Shown here: positions 9,183-19,077 of the stretch, in pieces
Position numbering within the stretch: the first letter of the stretch is position 1
How the letters are laid out: each line of letters opens with the position of its first letter
Source: a virus
DNA: 64,000 nt
IMG/VR virus record: IMGVR_UViG_3300030031_000041
Coordinates: 2,764 to 66,763 of that record
Strand: one strand, 5' to 3'
Made by a program: the position numbers and the translations under genes
The notes under the pieces: generated by a model
What the model saw: the letters and a program-made list of their open reading frames with translations, nothing else
What the model was told of the DNA's origin: nothing
Database searches by the model: none

Positions 9183-9505
9183 GCCATATCAAAGACAGAT
9201 TATCGGATTATCATGATTTCATGAAGAAACTTGCGGATGGCCACCAGATGGTTTTAGCAAGTGATGTTCTGGAAATGATAGAGCAGCTTCAAGATGATCT
9301 GGAACAGGACGAGAAAGAAAATGGTTGGATTCCAGTCAGTGATAGATTACCGGAAGACGGAACATATATCACTACTTTAGACGGAGAGCTTGTCGGACAG
9401 GAAGAACCATTCACGGGAATGTGCGGTATCGAAAATGGAAAATGGGATGATGAAGACTGTGTTATTGCCTGGATGCCTCTTCCGAAACCATACAAGGAGG
9501 ATTAA
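9179..9505 (+). CDS. DUF551-like phage protein
   Basis: WIPVSDRLPEDG ... IAWMPLPKPYKED. Confidence 0.55.
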   Translation: MSHIKDRLSDYHDFMKKLADGHQMVLASDVLEMIEQLQDDLEQDEKENGWIPVSDRLPEDGTYITTLDGELVGQEEPFTGMCGIENGKWDDEDCVIAWMPLPKPYKED

Positions 9506-9507
9506 AC

Positions 9508-9696
9508 ATGGAAATGTCAATTTTCAAAAAGGATGACAAAACCTACACCAGATTCAAGATCACGCTAAAAGAGTTTAAATCTTGGCAGGCTTTACTCGAG
9601 ATAAAGTATTGTATTGATACATCAAAGCCGGTCAAGAAAAACAGCAGATACATTTACTTCGAGAAAGAGGGAGACTGGATTAATGGGATATTGTAA
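9508..9696 (+). CDS. hypothetical protein
   Basis: ORF track. Confidence 0.35.
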   Translation: MEMSIFKKDDKTYTRFKITLKEFKSWQALLEIKYCIDTSKPVKKNSRYIYFEKEGDWINGIL

Positions 9697-9946
9697 ATTA
9701 GAATGCCCGGACGGCGAAATAGAGTGCTGCATTTGTTGCGATAAACAAGGCGGTTGCGATAACCGGTGTGATATGATGGATAGCTACGAATATGCAGAAG
9801 ATTGCGAAGATTATGTTAAGGAGGAAGAAACATGATTGCATTTTTATTAGGATTCACACTTGGAATCATAGTCGGAGTGGTCGGTCTTGCATGCATAGCG
9901 ATCATGTACGATAAGCACCACCCAGACGATTAGAAAGGAGAACGGT

Positions 9947-10261
9947 ATGCTGACAAGGAATAAAAAGTTGAAAGACTACGGTATTCCGGCAGAGGACATA
10001 GAAAAACTGAATACGATGCTGAAAGACTTCCCGGCAGAGTACGGATACCTGCTTTCCGGTGCTGCCTTGTCAGCTTGCCCGAAGAACACGGTGATAGCGG
10101 ATATGGTGATTGAGAATATCCTACACCGGAAAAGTTACAGGAAAATCAGCAAAGAAAGATATATCCCGATGAATCCGAAAGACTTTTATGGATACAGACG
10201 CAAGACCGTCGCTGTACTGTATGAGAGGATGCGGTTGTTGGGAGTGTGGGAGGAAAAATAA
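9947..10261 (+). CDS. hypothetical protein
   Basis: ORF track, RBS AAAGGAG. Confidence 0.45.
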   Translation: MLTRNKKLKDYGIPAEDIEKLNTMLKDFPAEYGYLLSGAALSACPKNTVIADMVIENILHRKSYRKISKERYIPMNPKDFYGYRRKTVAVLYERMRLLGVWEEK

Positions 10262-10516
10262 ATGAAAGAATATAAATGTCCAAAGCAGAAACACGTAGAC
10301 GATGCTAATAGCAAACAAGACGATATTGCAAGCATCATTTATAGCACTCTCGATCATATGTATTGCGATAATTGCAGATTCAATAGCGAAATTAAAGAAA
10401 GTGATAATGGTGAATGGAACTGTGATGAATGCCACAGAAAATATAATGGATGGGGAATTTCCATGCAGGAAAGTAATAAAATCGCAAAAGAAATTTTAAA
10501 ACAGTTAGGAGAATAG
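10262..10516 (+). CDS. Cys-rich small protein (Zn-binding motifs CxxC)
   Basis: CDNCRF...CDECHRK. Confidence 0.4.
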   Translation: MKEYKCPKQKHVDDANSKQDDIASIIYSTLDHMYCDNCRFNSEIKESDNGEWNCDECHRKYNGWGISMQESNKIAKEILKQLGE

Positions 10517-10519
10517 AAT

Positions 10520-10747
10520 ATGAGCAGACTGATTGATGCAGACAAAATAATTGACTCTCTTGGAAATTCGGATATGGATTTTGCAATAGGTGCAGTTATT
10601 GACGAGCAGCCGACAGTTTTTGATGTGGATAAGGTTGTGGAAACACTTATGAACAGGTTTCGTGTTATTTCCAAGGATGAGGACTTGGAATGGAATAGAG
10701 CTATAGATTATGCTATTAAAATCTTAGAAGGTGGTGGAGTTGAATGA
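10520..10747 (+). CDS. hypothetical protein
   Basis: ORF track. Confidence 0.4.
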   Translation: MSRLIDADKIIDSLGNSDMDFAIGAVIDEQPTVFDVDKVVETLMNRFRVISKDEDLEWNRAIDYAIKILEGGGVE

Positions 10748-11022
10748 GTAAATCAGTATTAGTGATGAAAACGCCAGAAAATTGTGATTCATGTAGATTT
10801 GGAGAAAAGAAAAAAGTTCCAGCAGGCGAATTTATTCTTTGCAAATTGAGCCACACACTAAACGATATTGGAATGAAAAATATACCGGAATGGTGCTATC
10901 TAACTTTGCTACCAGAAAAACTCACTTATGAAGATAGTTACAAATATGCAAACGATTATTACCGTGACGGTTGGAACGATTGTATTGATGAGATTACAGG
11001 AGGAGTGGATTCTGATGATTAA
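10744..11022 (+). CDS. hypothetical protein
   Basis: ORF track, overlapping start/stop. Confidence 0.4.
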   Translation: MSKSVLVMKTPENCDSCRFGEKKKVPAGEFILCKLSHTLNDIGMKNIPEWCYLTLLPEKLTYEDSYKYANDYYRDGWNDCIDEITGGVDSDD

Positions 11023-11377
11023 TTTAACAGGAAAAAGCGTGTTCGTAAAGACGCAGGAAGAATATGAAAATATTCTTAACATTGCAAGGTTACACGGTTT
11101 TGATAAATGGTCTGATAAAGTCAGTTTGTCGTCTAGGAATATCAAACTGCCAAATATTTTGATTTTTAAGGATAATGGAACAGTTGCTTATTGGAGTGAT
11201 AAAGAAGTGCTTGAAGCATCCGAAATCATCGAAGATGAAGAAAGAATCAAGGATGCAATAAACCTTGTCAGAACATTCGCTAAATACCCAGACAGAACAG
11301 CATTGACGGACTCATTTATTGAGTCCTTGAAGTTACTTGCAGATACTGTAAAAAGTCAAATGAAAGAGGTGAAGTAG
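11015..11377 (+). CDS. hypothetical protein
   Basis: ATG 11015 after AGGAGG; within ORF track 10928..11377. Confidence 0.45.
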   Translation: MINLTGKSVFVKTQEEYENILNIARLHGFDKWSDKVSLSSRNIKLPNILIFKDNGTVAYWSDKEVLEASEIIEDEERIKDAINLVRTFAKYPDRTALTDSFIESLKLLADTVKSQMKEVK

Positions 11378-11941
11378 ATGGAGAGATTAACAATTGAAGA
11401 TGCCATCAATCGTTCAAGAAAATTAGCAGAACGTCATAGATGGAATAGTAGAAACGCAAAACTTGAAACGTTAGATGAAAATGCTAATGAAGTATATAAA
11501 AATACTTGCATCCTATATGCGAATCAGGAAGAACAGTATGCGGAATGGTTAGAAGAGCTAAAATCATATAAAGATATTGGCACTCCAAAAGAATTAAAGG
11601 AACTCAAAGAAAACGGTGCGTTTACTGGATTGGAGCTTGCTAAATTAGCGATAATGCAGAAAGAATTGAAGTCTTATAAAGACTTAGAAGAACAGGGCTT
11701 GCTTGTGAGATTGCCGTGTAAGGTTGGAGATACAGTGTATGTTCCAACAAGAAATTTTATTTCGGAGTTGAGAATCATAATGATATCAGTTGATATGCAC
11801 GGTACTTATTTCAGATGGATGTTGAACAGTGGAATCTATCCCAACTTGGACGGATTTTCAAGAAGCAAACTTGGCAAAACAGTATTCCTCACTCGTGAAG
11901 AAGCTGAGAAGAAGTTGGAGGAGATGAAGAAGAATGATTGA
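11378..11941 (+). CDS. hypothetical protein
   Basis: ORF track. Confidence 0.45.
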   Translation: MERLTIEDAINRSRKLAERHRWNSRNAKLETLDENANEVYKNTCILYANQEEQYAEWLEELKSYKDIGTPKELKELKENGAFTGLELAKLAIMQKELKSYKDLEEQGLLVRLPCKVGDTVYVPTRNFISELRIIMISVDMHGTYFRWMLNSGIYPNLDGFSRSKLGKTVFLTREEAEKKLEEMKKND

Positions 11942-12200
11942 AGCGATAAAAGAAATTTTTATGATACTGGGAATGTGCGTAGTTGGACTTGCTGTTTACA
12001 TACTATTGTATACAATAATCAGAAAATTCAACAGATGGCACAAGAGTGGCTGTAAAATCAAGTGTCTCTGCAAACCACACATTTACGAAATTCAATGGCA
12101 TTGGCGTAGAGATGGGGAAACCCAATTGGTATGTAAGAAATGTGGCAAAAAGAAAACACTGTTTATTGACTACGATTTCTCCAAGGAAAATAATCATTAG
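11934..12200 (+). CDS. membrane-anchored Zn-ribbon protein
   Basis: N-terminal TM helix; CxxC pairs. Confidence 0.4.
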   Translation: MIEAIKEIFMILGMCVVGLAVYILLYTIIRKFNRWHKSGCKIKCLCKPHIYEIQWHWRRDGETQLVCKKCGKKKTLFIDYDFSKENNH

Positions 12201-12210
12201 GAGGATTAAT

Positions 12211-12516
12211 ATGAAACCAGAAGAAGCAAAAGACATCTTATCAGATATGAGAGACCAGCATTTATGTTTCCTTGAAAATTCTGAAAACAAAGATGAATGG
12301 CAGAAAAAATATCTCAAGGAAGCATGGGCGTGTGATTCCGGAGCAAAAGCATTGGAAAAGCAGATTCCATGCAAACCTGAAGAATATGTTCCAGATTTTC
12401 CGTACAATATATTTTCCACTCAAAAATGTACGAAATGCGGAACACCTGTTATTGGTAAAAAAATAAGCAAGTACTGTTCTGAATGCGGGCAGAAAATTGA
12501 CTGGGGAGAGGAGTGA
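12211..12516 (+). CDS. Zn-ribbon protein
   Basis: ATG 12211 after AGGAGGA; CTKCG..CSECG. Confidence 0.45.
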   Translation: MKPEEAKDILSDMRDQHLCFLENSENKDEWQKKYLKEAWACDSGAKALEKQIPCKPEEYVPDFPYNIFSTQKCTKCGTPVIGKKISKYCSECGQKIDWGEE

Positions 12517-12680
12517 TTAAATGGATTTTAATACAGCAATGGCGAAATCAGTAGCATGGGCCAGTACATCATTTGCCGTAATAGCGGCACTCAGTTATAC
12601 AAAAGAACCATTATGCTTAATGGCATTAGTTCTTCCGCTGTTTGTTGGATTACCGCTTGATTGAGAGGAGCGATAGATAA

Positions 12681-13574
12681 TTGGCAGAAGTAAAATGGAT
12701 TAAAATGGCAACAAACATTTGGGATAATAGAAAAATTGTTCAAATTGAATCCCTTCCAGATGGAGATACGATCATTGTTATATGGTTAAAACTTTTGTGC
12801 CTTGCCGGGACAACTAATGATTCTGGAATGGTTTATTTTACAAAAGAAATACCATATACAGAACAAATGCTCTCCACACTGTTTAATCGACCTCTGGCAA
12901 CTATACAGTTTGCTTTAAAGGTGTTCCAAGAATTCGAAATGATATCAATTATTGATGATTTTTTACAGATTTCCAATTGGAAAAAATATCAGAACATCGA
13001 AGGCATGGACAAAATTAGAGAACAGAACCGAATCAGGAAGCAAAATCAGAGAGAAAGGCAAAAAATTATGATTGAACAAGATATGTCACGTGACATGTCA
13101 CGTGACGTCACGCAACAGAATAAGATAAAGAATAAGAAAGAAGATATAGATAAAGAGAAAGATAATAAATTAATAGTATCTAAAGATACTATTTGTCAGA
13201 CTGATGTCCGACGCGTCATCGAAGAATGGAACAAATTACAGGAAGTTGGTATCAATCCAATACGCGATATTAAACCATCATCAAAAAGATGTCAGTTACT
13301 CAAAGGGCGAATCCGTGAATACGGAATTGATGAAGTCCTTAATGCAATCAACAACGTTCGCAACAGTGATTTTCTGCGAGGAGAGAATAACCGCGGATGG
13401 ATGATAACATTTGACTGGTTCGTAAAGCCGAATAATTTTGCAAAAGTTTTAGAAGGAAACTACAACAAGGAGGGACAGCATGGAACTCGTAGAACAGTTA
13501 CAACACCTGTCAAACCACTTGTCCCATTCGACCAGTGGGACGGAGGAGAAGCTTCAGACACCCCATTCGTCTGA
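12681..13574 (+). CDS. phage replisome organizer (N-terminal phage_rep_org_N-like)
   Basis: MAEVKWIKMATNIWDNRKIV...; internal iterons. Confidence 0.65.
   Translation: MAEVKWIKMATNIWDNRKIVQIESLPDGDTIIVIWLKLLCLAGTTNDSGMVYFTKEIPYTEQMLSTLFNRPLATIQFALKVFQEFEMISIIDDFLQISNWKKYQNIEGMDKIREQNRIRKQNQRERQKIMIEQDMSRDMSRDVTQQNKIKNKKEDIDKEKDNKLIVSKDTICQTDVRRVIEEWNKLQEVGINPIRDIKPSSKRCQLLKGRIREYGIDEVLNAINNVRNSDFLRGENNRGWMITFDWFVKPNNFAKVLEGNYNKEGQHGTRRTVTTPVKPLVPFDQWDGGEASDTPFV
13083..13112 (+). repeat. tandem 12-bp iteron ATGTCACGTGAC x2.5 containing palindrome GTCACGTGAC; candidate replication origin
   Basis: direct tandem repeat inside replisome organizer gene linker region. Confidence 0.5.
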
Positions 13575-14331
13575 ATGCCCGAAATGTCATGGGACTGGAT
13601 ATTATATAGAATTTGAAGGTGACGTTCAGTATGCTGTGGAGTGTCAATGTGGAATTAGAAAGAAAACTATTTTGCAGAACCAGTTAAAATTTGCAGAGAT
13701 TCCCGAGATGTATAAAGAATGTACATTTGCGAATCTGAGAAGCAATGTTTATCGGTTGCCGGAAAGCAAAGAAATATTTATTCAGGCAGCAAAAGCTGTG
13801 AAGTACTGGATTGAAAATATCGGAGAGATGCAGGAACAGGGAATGGGATTGTATATCTGTTCCGGTGTAAAGGGATCTGGAAAGACAAGATTTGCGTGTA
13901 GCATGGCTAATGAACTGATACAGAAATACCAAAAATCAGTTAAGTTTACTACTTCATTGAGAATTCTTGAAGAAATCAAGTCCACATGGTCATCCCGTGA
14001 TAATGCGACGGAAAGCAAATTGATTCGTAATCTAACATATGCAGACATTTTGATTATTGATGATTTCGGAGCGGATTCCGGGAGAGATTGGATTAACGAA
14101 AAATTCTATGGGATTATCAACGGACGGTATGTGGATAGAAAAATCACTATCTTCACAAGTAATTATCGCATATCACAACTTCCGTATGATGATCGAATCA
14201 CGAATAGGATTCTGGAGCGGTCTTATGAAATCCCGTTTCCGGAAGAATCAGTCAGGGAACACATAGCGGATGCAATGAAACAGGAACTTATCAAAAAGAT
14301 TCAAGGCGGTGAAAATGGAAAACAAGCGTAA
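13480..14331 (+). CDS. DnaC/IstB-like helicase loader ATPase with N-terminal Zn-ribbon
   Basis: Walker A GVKGSGKT, Walker B ILIIDDFG; overlaps organizer gene end. Confidence 0.7.
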   Translation: MELVEQLQHLSNHLSHSTSGTEEKLQTPHSSECPKCHGTGYYIEFEGDVQYAVECQCGIRKKTILQNQLKFAEIPEMYKECTFANLRSNVYRLPESKEIFIQAAKAVKYWIENIGEMQEQGMGLYICSGVKGSGKTRFACSMANELIQKYQKSVKFTTSLRILEEIKSTWSSRDNATESKLIRNLTYADILIIDDFGADSGRDWINEKFYGIINGRYVDRKITIFTSNYRISQLPYDDRITNRILERSYEIPFPEESVREHIADAMKQELIKKIQGGENGKQA

Positions 14332-14569
14332 ACCGTGGAGAAAATTGACGCCACAAGAAATTCAGAATTTGACTAATCGTCAATGCACAGACTGCAAGTT
14401 CTATCCGAAATCAAACGGCACATCAGGGAAAATGCAACCGTGCGATTATATTTTTATGGTCGGCCATAGTCGAGGATGTGACCCAAGAGATTGCGTAAAA
14501 GAAGGCAAATTTGAATATGCAGCAACAAAGAAAAGGAGAAAAGCATGGAGGGCAAAGACGAAAAGTTAG
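14309..14569 (+). CDS. hypothetical protein
   Basis: ORF track. Confidence 0.4.
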   Translation: MKMENKRKPWRKLTPQEIQNLTNRQCTDCKFYPKSNGTSGKMQPCDYIFMVGHSRGCDPRDCVKEGKFEYAATKKRRKAWRAKTKS

Positions 14570-14690
14570 ATATCACGCCAGAACTGGTGCTTATATGCAG
14601 GAAAGTAATACGACAATACGCAAAGCAAATTGGTAGGCATGATTGCCATAAATGCGTCATATATGCAGAATGCGAGCATGACTTTGTCAG

Positions 14691-14939
14691 ATGCCCGGAA
14701 TTATGGAAGGACATCAGCCTATGAGAAGAATCAGCGAAATGTACAAGCGTTCGGGCGGTACGAACTACGAACATCAATGCTTTGAATGTAGGATGTTTAA
14801 AAACGTTAAAAGATGCAAATGCTTAAATTACGAACTGGATGCTGACTGGAATCCGAATTGGACAGCCTGCAAATTTTTTACAAAAGATGAAATAGAAGAA
14901 ATACAAGGACAGATGAATATTTTTGATTTTGTGAAATGA
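14691..14939 (+). CDS. hypothetical Cys-containing protein
   Basis: ORF track. Confidence 0.4.
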   Translation: MPGIMEGHQPMRRISEMYKRSGGTNYEHQCFECRMFKNVKRCKCLNYELDADWNPNWTACKFFTKDEIEEIQGQMNIFDFVK

Positions 14940-15079
14940 GAGGTGAGCATATGGCAATTGTTACGATTGATGGAAAAGAAATTGACATCGAACAAATTGA
15001 ACTGCCAGAAGAAATTATTAAAATCATAATTGAATGCTTAGGTTGACCGCAAAAATATTGTAGTGTAAAATGTGTCGTA

Positions 15080-15097
15080 ACATGATATGTGCGGCAC
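15080..15097 (+). repeat. inverted repeat arm L (ACATGATATGTGCGGCAC) upstream of recombinase
   Basis: 17/18 match to reverse complement of 16533..16550. Confidence 0.6.
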
Positions 15098-15122
15098 ATT
15101 TCTACACAAAGGAGGAATAGTC

Positions 15123-16487
15123 ATGGAATGTGTTGCGTATTTGCGTGTATCAACAGAAAAACAGGCCGAAGAGGGAAATGGATTAGACAGTCAGAAAAGA
15201 GATATTGAAAATTATTGTAGAAAAAATCAATTGATTATATCTGATTGGTACGAGGATGACGGCTTCACAGGTTCGAATATGAATCGTCCAGCATTGCAAC
15301 GCTTAATTAATGATTGCTCAAAGAAAAAATTAAAATGTGTTGTAGCGTTTAAACTAGATCGATTATCAAGAAGCATGGTCGATGGAATATACTTAATTGA
15401 ACGTGTATTCATACCTAATGGGGTGGATTTTAGATGCGTGCATGATAGTGTAAGCTACGACAGCCCAATGGAGCAAGCATACACTCAGATGATGGCAGTG
15501 TTTGCGCAACTTGACAAAAATACTATGTTGCTTAGAATGCGTGGCGGTATGCTGGAGCGAGTGAAACAGGGATATTGGATGGGAGGTGGCAACACTCCTT
15601 ATTGCTATAGATATAGCAAAGAAGACGGAATCTTAGTTCCCATACCAGAACGCAAAGAAATGGCTTTGCGAGCTATGAATTTGTATATATCCGGTTATTC
15701 TGATGTTCGAATACATAAATTGATAGGATTTAAAAGCGAGTTTGTTACACGACAGGTTCTTACCAGTCCTGTAAATATTGGCATGATTCCGTATAAAGGG
15801 AAACTATATAAGGGAAGACATGAACCAATTTTCGATATTAAAGTATTTGAATTAGCCCAGGAATTAAGAAAAACTCGTAAGCAAAGTAAAAGCTTCTGTG
15901 TTAATCACGAGAATCAGCTCTTGACGGGGCTGTGCTATTGCGGAGTGTGCGGGTGCAAGATGAGATATCAGAAATGGACTCATGGAAAGCATAAAATTTA
16001 TTGCTATTCAAGGGATAACGGCATGTCGTACTTACCAAATTATAATCCGAATTGCAACAATTCGCTTGAGTGGGCAGAAGATATTGAAAAGCAGGTTGAA
16101 GATGAGATTTTAAAGATTTCCCTCAATTTATCATCGCATAAGCCAAAAGAAAGAGAAAGCTGTCTGGACATTTTGAGTAAACAACTCCAAAAAGAAAAAA
16201 CGAAGCTAAAACGTCTATATACTCTTTATGCTGAGGGAAATGATACGGTTTTGGAGATGATAAAAGAAACGGAATCCGGTATAGATGAATTAAAACTAAA
16301 AATACAGAACGAGATGAAGAGCCCGGATAACTCACAGAAGAAAGAATTTGTATACGATAATATAAAAAAGCTTGCCGATGTGTGGGAACACATTGACAAG
16401 CAAAACAAAAACCGTATATTAAAAACTATAATATCAAAAATAATTATAGTCAATGGAAATATTGAAATACAGTTGAAGAAATTTTAG
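15123..16487 (+). CDS. large serine recombinase (integrase-type)
   Basis: VAYLRVSTEKQ..GLDSQ catalytic N-terminus, recombinase and Zn-ribbon/coiled-coil C-terminal region; RBS GGAGG. Confidence 0.8.
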   Translation: MECVAYLRVSTEKQAEEGNGLDSQKRDIENYCRKNQLIISDWYEDDGFTGSNMNRPALQRLINDCSKKKLKCVVAFKLDRLSRSMVDGIYLIERVFIPNGVDFRCVHDSVSYDSPMEQAYTQMMAVFAQLDKNTMLLRMRGGMLERVKQGYWMGGGNTPYCYRYSKEDGILVPIPERKEMALRAMNLYISGYSDVRIHKLIGFKSEFVTRQVLTSPVNIGMIPYKGKLYKGRHEPIFDIKVFELAQELRKTRKQSKSFCVNHENQLLTGLCYCGVCGCKMRYQKWTHGKHKIYCYSRDNGMSYLPNYNPNCNNSLEWAEDIEKQVEDEILKISLNLSSHKPKERESCLDILSKQLQKEKTKLKRLYTLYAEGNDTVLEMIKETESGIDELKLKIQNEMKSPDNSQKKEFVYDNIKKLADVWEHIDKQNKNRILKTIISKIIIVNGNIEIQLKKF

Positions 16488-16532
16488 CACAAACTATATG
16501 CCATAGGAACTGCATTATGTAAGTGCTAATAA

Positions 16533-16550
16533 GTGCCGCACGTATCATGT
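16533..16550 (-). repeat. inverted repeat arm R (GTGCCGCACGTATCATGT)
   Basis: reverse complement matches 15080..15097 at 17/18. Confidence 0.6.
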
Positions 16551-16573
16551 CAATAAATAACAGGAGGGTAACG

Positions 16574-17251
16574 ATGATCTCACAGGGAATCAGCCATACT
16601 GCATACGATACCATGAAAGAATATATGCTCACAGGAGCCGAACTGGACGGCAAATACCAAATTCCAATGATGGACAGGTATGTGGACGAAATACCACAAG
16701 ACACAGTGGATTTTAAAGACAGTTTCAGCCGAAAGATAAAGAATCATCGAGAATTAAGCATCAACTTTTATATCCATGACTGCGAATTTGAAAAGCTATG
16801 GAATAATCCAGATAGATACCTGGAACACTTGAAATGTTTCAAGAGCGTGATCGCACCAGACTTTTCAATGGCAGTCGGTGAAAATGGTATGCCATTTGCT
16901 ATGAATATCTGGAACAAATACAGAAATCATGCCATGGCTCATTATCTCAGTATGAACGAGATAAAGGTGATTCCTAACGTGAGCATACCTCCAGAGTATT
17001 GCTATGACTGGGCTTTTGATGGTGTGCCAAAAAGAAGCACCGTAGCATGTTGCACCAATGGAAGAATTAAATCCAGAGCATCCAGAGAAGAATTCTGTAT
17101 AGGCTTTAAAGAAATGGAAAGGCGCATAGAGCCGCTCCGAGTTATCGTTGTAGGGAAAATACCACCTGAACTCAATACGGACGTGGAAATCATCAATTTC
17201 AAGACCAGAAGTCAGAAGATCAAGGATAAGGAGGGAAAATATGGGGTATAG
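16574..17251 (+). CDS. hypothetical protein
   Basis: ATG 16574 after AGGAGGG; ORF track 16523..17251. Confidence 0.5.
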   Translation: MISQGISHTAYDTMKEYMLTGAELDGKYQIPMMDRYVDEIPQDTVDFKDSFSRKIKNHRELSINFYIHDCEFEKLWNNPDRYLEHLKCFKSVIAPDFSMAVGENGMPFAMNIWNKYRNHAMAHYLSMNEIKVIPNVSIPPEYCYDWAFDGVPKRSTVACCTNGRIKSRASREEFCIGFKEMERRIEPLRVIVVGKIPPELNTDVEIINFKTRSQKIKDKEGKYGV

Positions 17252-18157
17252 TACTGGAAACTCATTGAGAAAGAAATCGAAGACCAAAAAACAGGAAGAA
17301 CGAGAACAGAGGATGAAAAGTGGAACCGCAATAAAGAAGAAAAGAAGCACTGGTAAAGTAGATCATCTAAATAAATTGAAATAATTTTACATTTTCCACA
17401 GTCCCAAAATAGATGCTATAAAAATATTTGTACAAAATTACAAATAAATAAAAATTATAAAACGACCCGTATCCATGGAAAAATGATTTTTTTCGTTCAA
17501 AATCCATGCTTCGGGTCTTTTTGAATGTCTGTGAAAATTAGCGCTCGTGAGGCTTCATAGTAAAGCGATGATACATCAAGGAATATACCCGCGGCAAAGC
17601 ATGCCGCCATCCGATGCGCACGATCATACTAGAAACATTGTAATTAATTGCATAATTGCGCCTAAAATCAATTCGAACGGCATAAGCCTATACTTTATCG
17701 GGTGACGATATAAAACGGCTTAAAAACCAAAAATACAGCGTTACAGCACGAACAGGAACATAAACACACCTATAAATATATCTAGCAAGCCCGTAAACGT
17801 GTATAAAATCAATTTTATATTTACAGTCGATAAAATTCACATGTAAGCATATAAACAGCCGTAAAATGCCAAATAAGTGCTTGCAAGGATAACGAAACCG
17901 GCAACAGCTGCATAAACTGTACAGAATCCAAGTCGGCAATTATCCACATTGACATATATTATCATAATACGCCTGTTATATTTTGCCGTCAATCCTTTTA
18001 GTTGATTGTGTAAAACTGCTCAGAAACGATTTTATAGCCGTATGCGGTATATTTTACCGAAAGCCAGTTATAAACCGTTAAAAGTCGAATAAAAGGCACT
18101 ACAGCAGAAATCCCGGCACAGGTCACGAACCAACGCCGCCCGGAGAGGATGCAGGAC

Positions 18158-18186
18158 ACGAGAAAAATAGCAGCTTTTTACTGCTC
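18158..18186 (-). terminator. intrinsic terminator of minus-strand cassette
   Basis: AGCAG/CTGCT stem followed on minus strand by U-rich tract. Confidence 0.45.
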
Positions 18187-18564
18187 TAAATAATATATAT
18201 TTGTTATCGTTGGCAAGTCCCGGAAGAATTCCAGGAAGCCGGAACTGTCAAGAATATTATACTGGCGGTCAGATGTTGGAATCATGCAGCCGTTTTTGAT
18301 CTCCATACAGGAAAGTTGTAAATATCCCGGTTTTTTCGTGGATTTATGCAGCGCGTACCGCATAACAGACACCGCACCAGACCGGCAGCGCACCGGCGGC
18401 AAGTCGTACCAGATTAGCGGGACAGCACCGAAAGAAACCGTATCAAAGACCTGTTTAGCGTCTCTTTTTGCGGCTGCTCCGATTTTATCAACGGTGGAAA
18501 AATCCCCGCTTAAAATTGCGTCAATGGTCTGTTCTGACGTTGGTTTTACAATTCTGTCTATCAT
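18178..18564 (-). CDS. hypothetical protein
   Basis: ORF track; GC-richer than surroundings. Confidence 0.5.
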   Translation of the reverse strand: MIDRIVKPTSEQTIDAILSGDFSTVDKIGAAAKRDAKQVFDTVSFGAVPLIWYDLPPVRCRSGAVSVMRYALHKSTKKPGYLQLSCMEIKNGCMIPTSDRQYNILDSSGFLEFFRDLPTITNIYYLEQ

Positions 18565-18638
18565 ATATAAGCCTCCATTCTGATTGAAAAACAGGCGGGA
18601 AAGCCCCGCCCGAAATTGTTTTATTTGATTTAAAAAGC

Positions 18639-19007
18639 CTAAATCCTTTTTATAAACTCGGTTTCCGTATAGTTTTCTCCGGTTACCTCATTCACAAATG
18701 CCAAGATTCCGGACTTTGTGAAATCAAAGCGGGTAAAGTCAAAGCCCCTTTGTGCAAGCCTGTATTCATAAGAACGTCCGCAGCCTTCAGCGTCGTAATA
18801 CGTTCCGTCGATATGCAAGGCGTTAGGCTGTACCACTGGACAGCCTTTTTTATTTGCGTCGCGCCTCTGGTAGCTTCCAAAATCCGCAATAACGTGCAGG
18901 CCGTCCAATGTATCAAATTCTGCGCGAACTCTGCAATTTGGAACGTCTGAGCCGTTTCTATAGCCTGTTCCTGTACATCCGTATTCTACTAATGTTATTT
19001 TTTTCAT
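18639..19007 (-). CDS. hypothetical protein
   Basis: ORF track. Confidence 0.5.
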   Translation of the reverse strand: MKKITLVEYGCTGTGYRNGSDVPNCRVRAEFDTLDGLHVIADFGSYQRRDANKKGCPVVQPNALHIDGTYYDAEGCGRSYEYRLAQRGFDFTRFDFTKSGILAFVNEVTGENYTETEFIKRI

Positions 19008-19077
19008 GTTTTTAATCCTCCTGATTTTATTTTAAAAGGCCGCCGGGGAAATGCTCCCCGGTACGCTTGCCGGTCTG

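Noticed and set aside
15080-16550. Inverted repeat pair interpreted as attP of the serine integrase
   Set aside because: A serine-integrase attP is a single ~50-bp site. Two arms 1.45 kb apart in inverted orientation do not fit, so this is reported as an unexplained repeat instead.
17688-17939. 83-aa minus-strand ORF in the 17.3-18.2 kb spacer
   Set aside because: Isolated in an AT-rich noncoding region with repeated CCGTAAA-like motifs. No RBS and Cys-rich, so likely noncoding, possibly att or regulatory.
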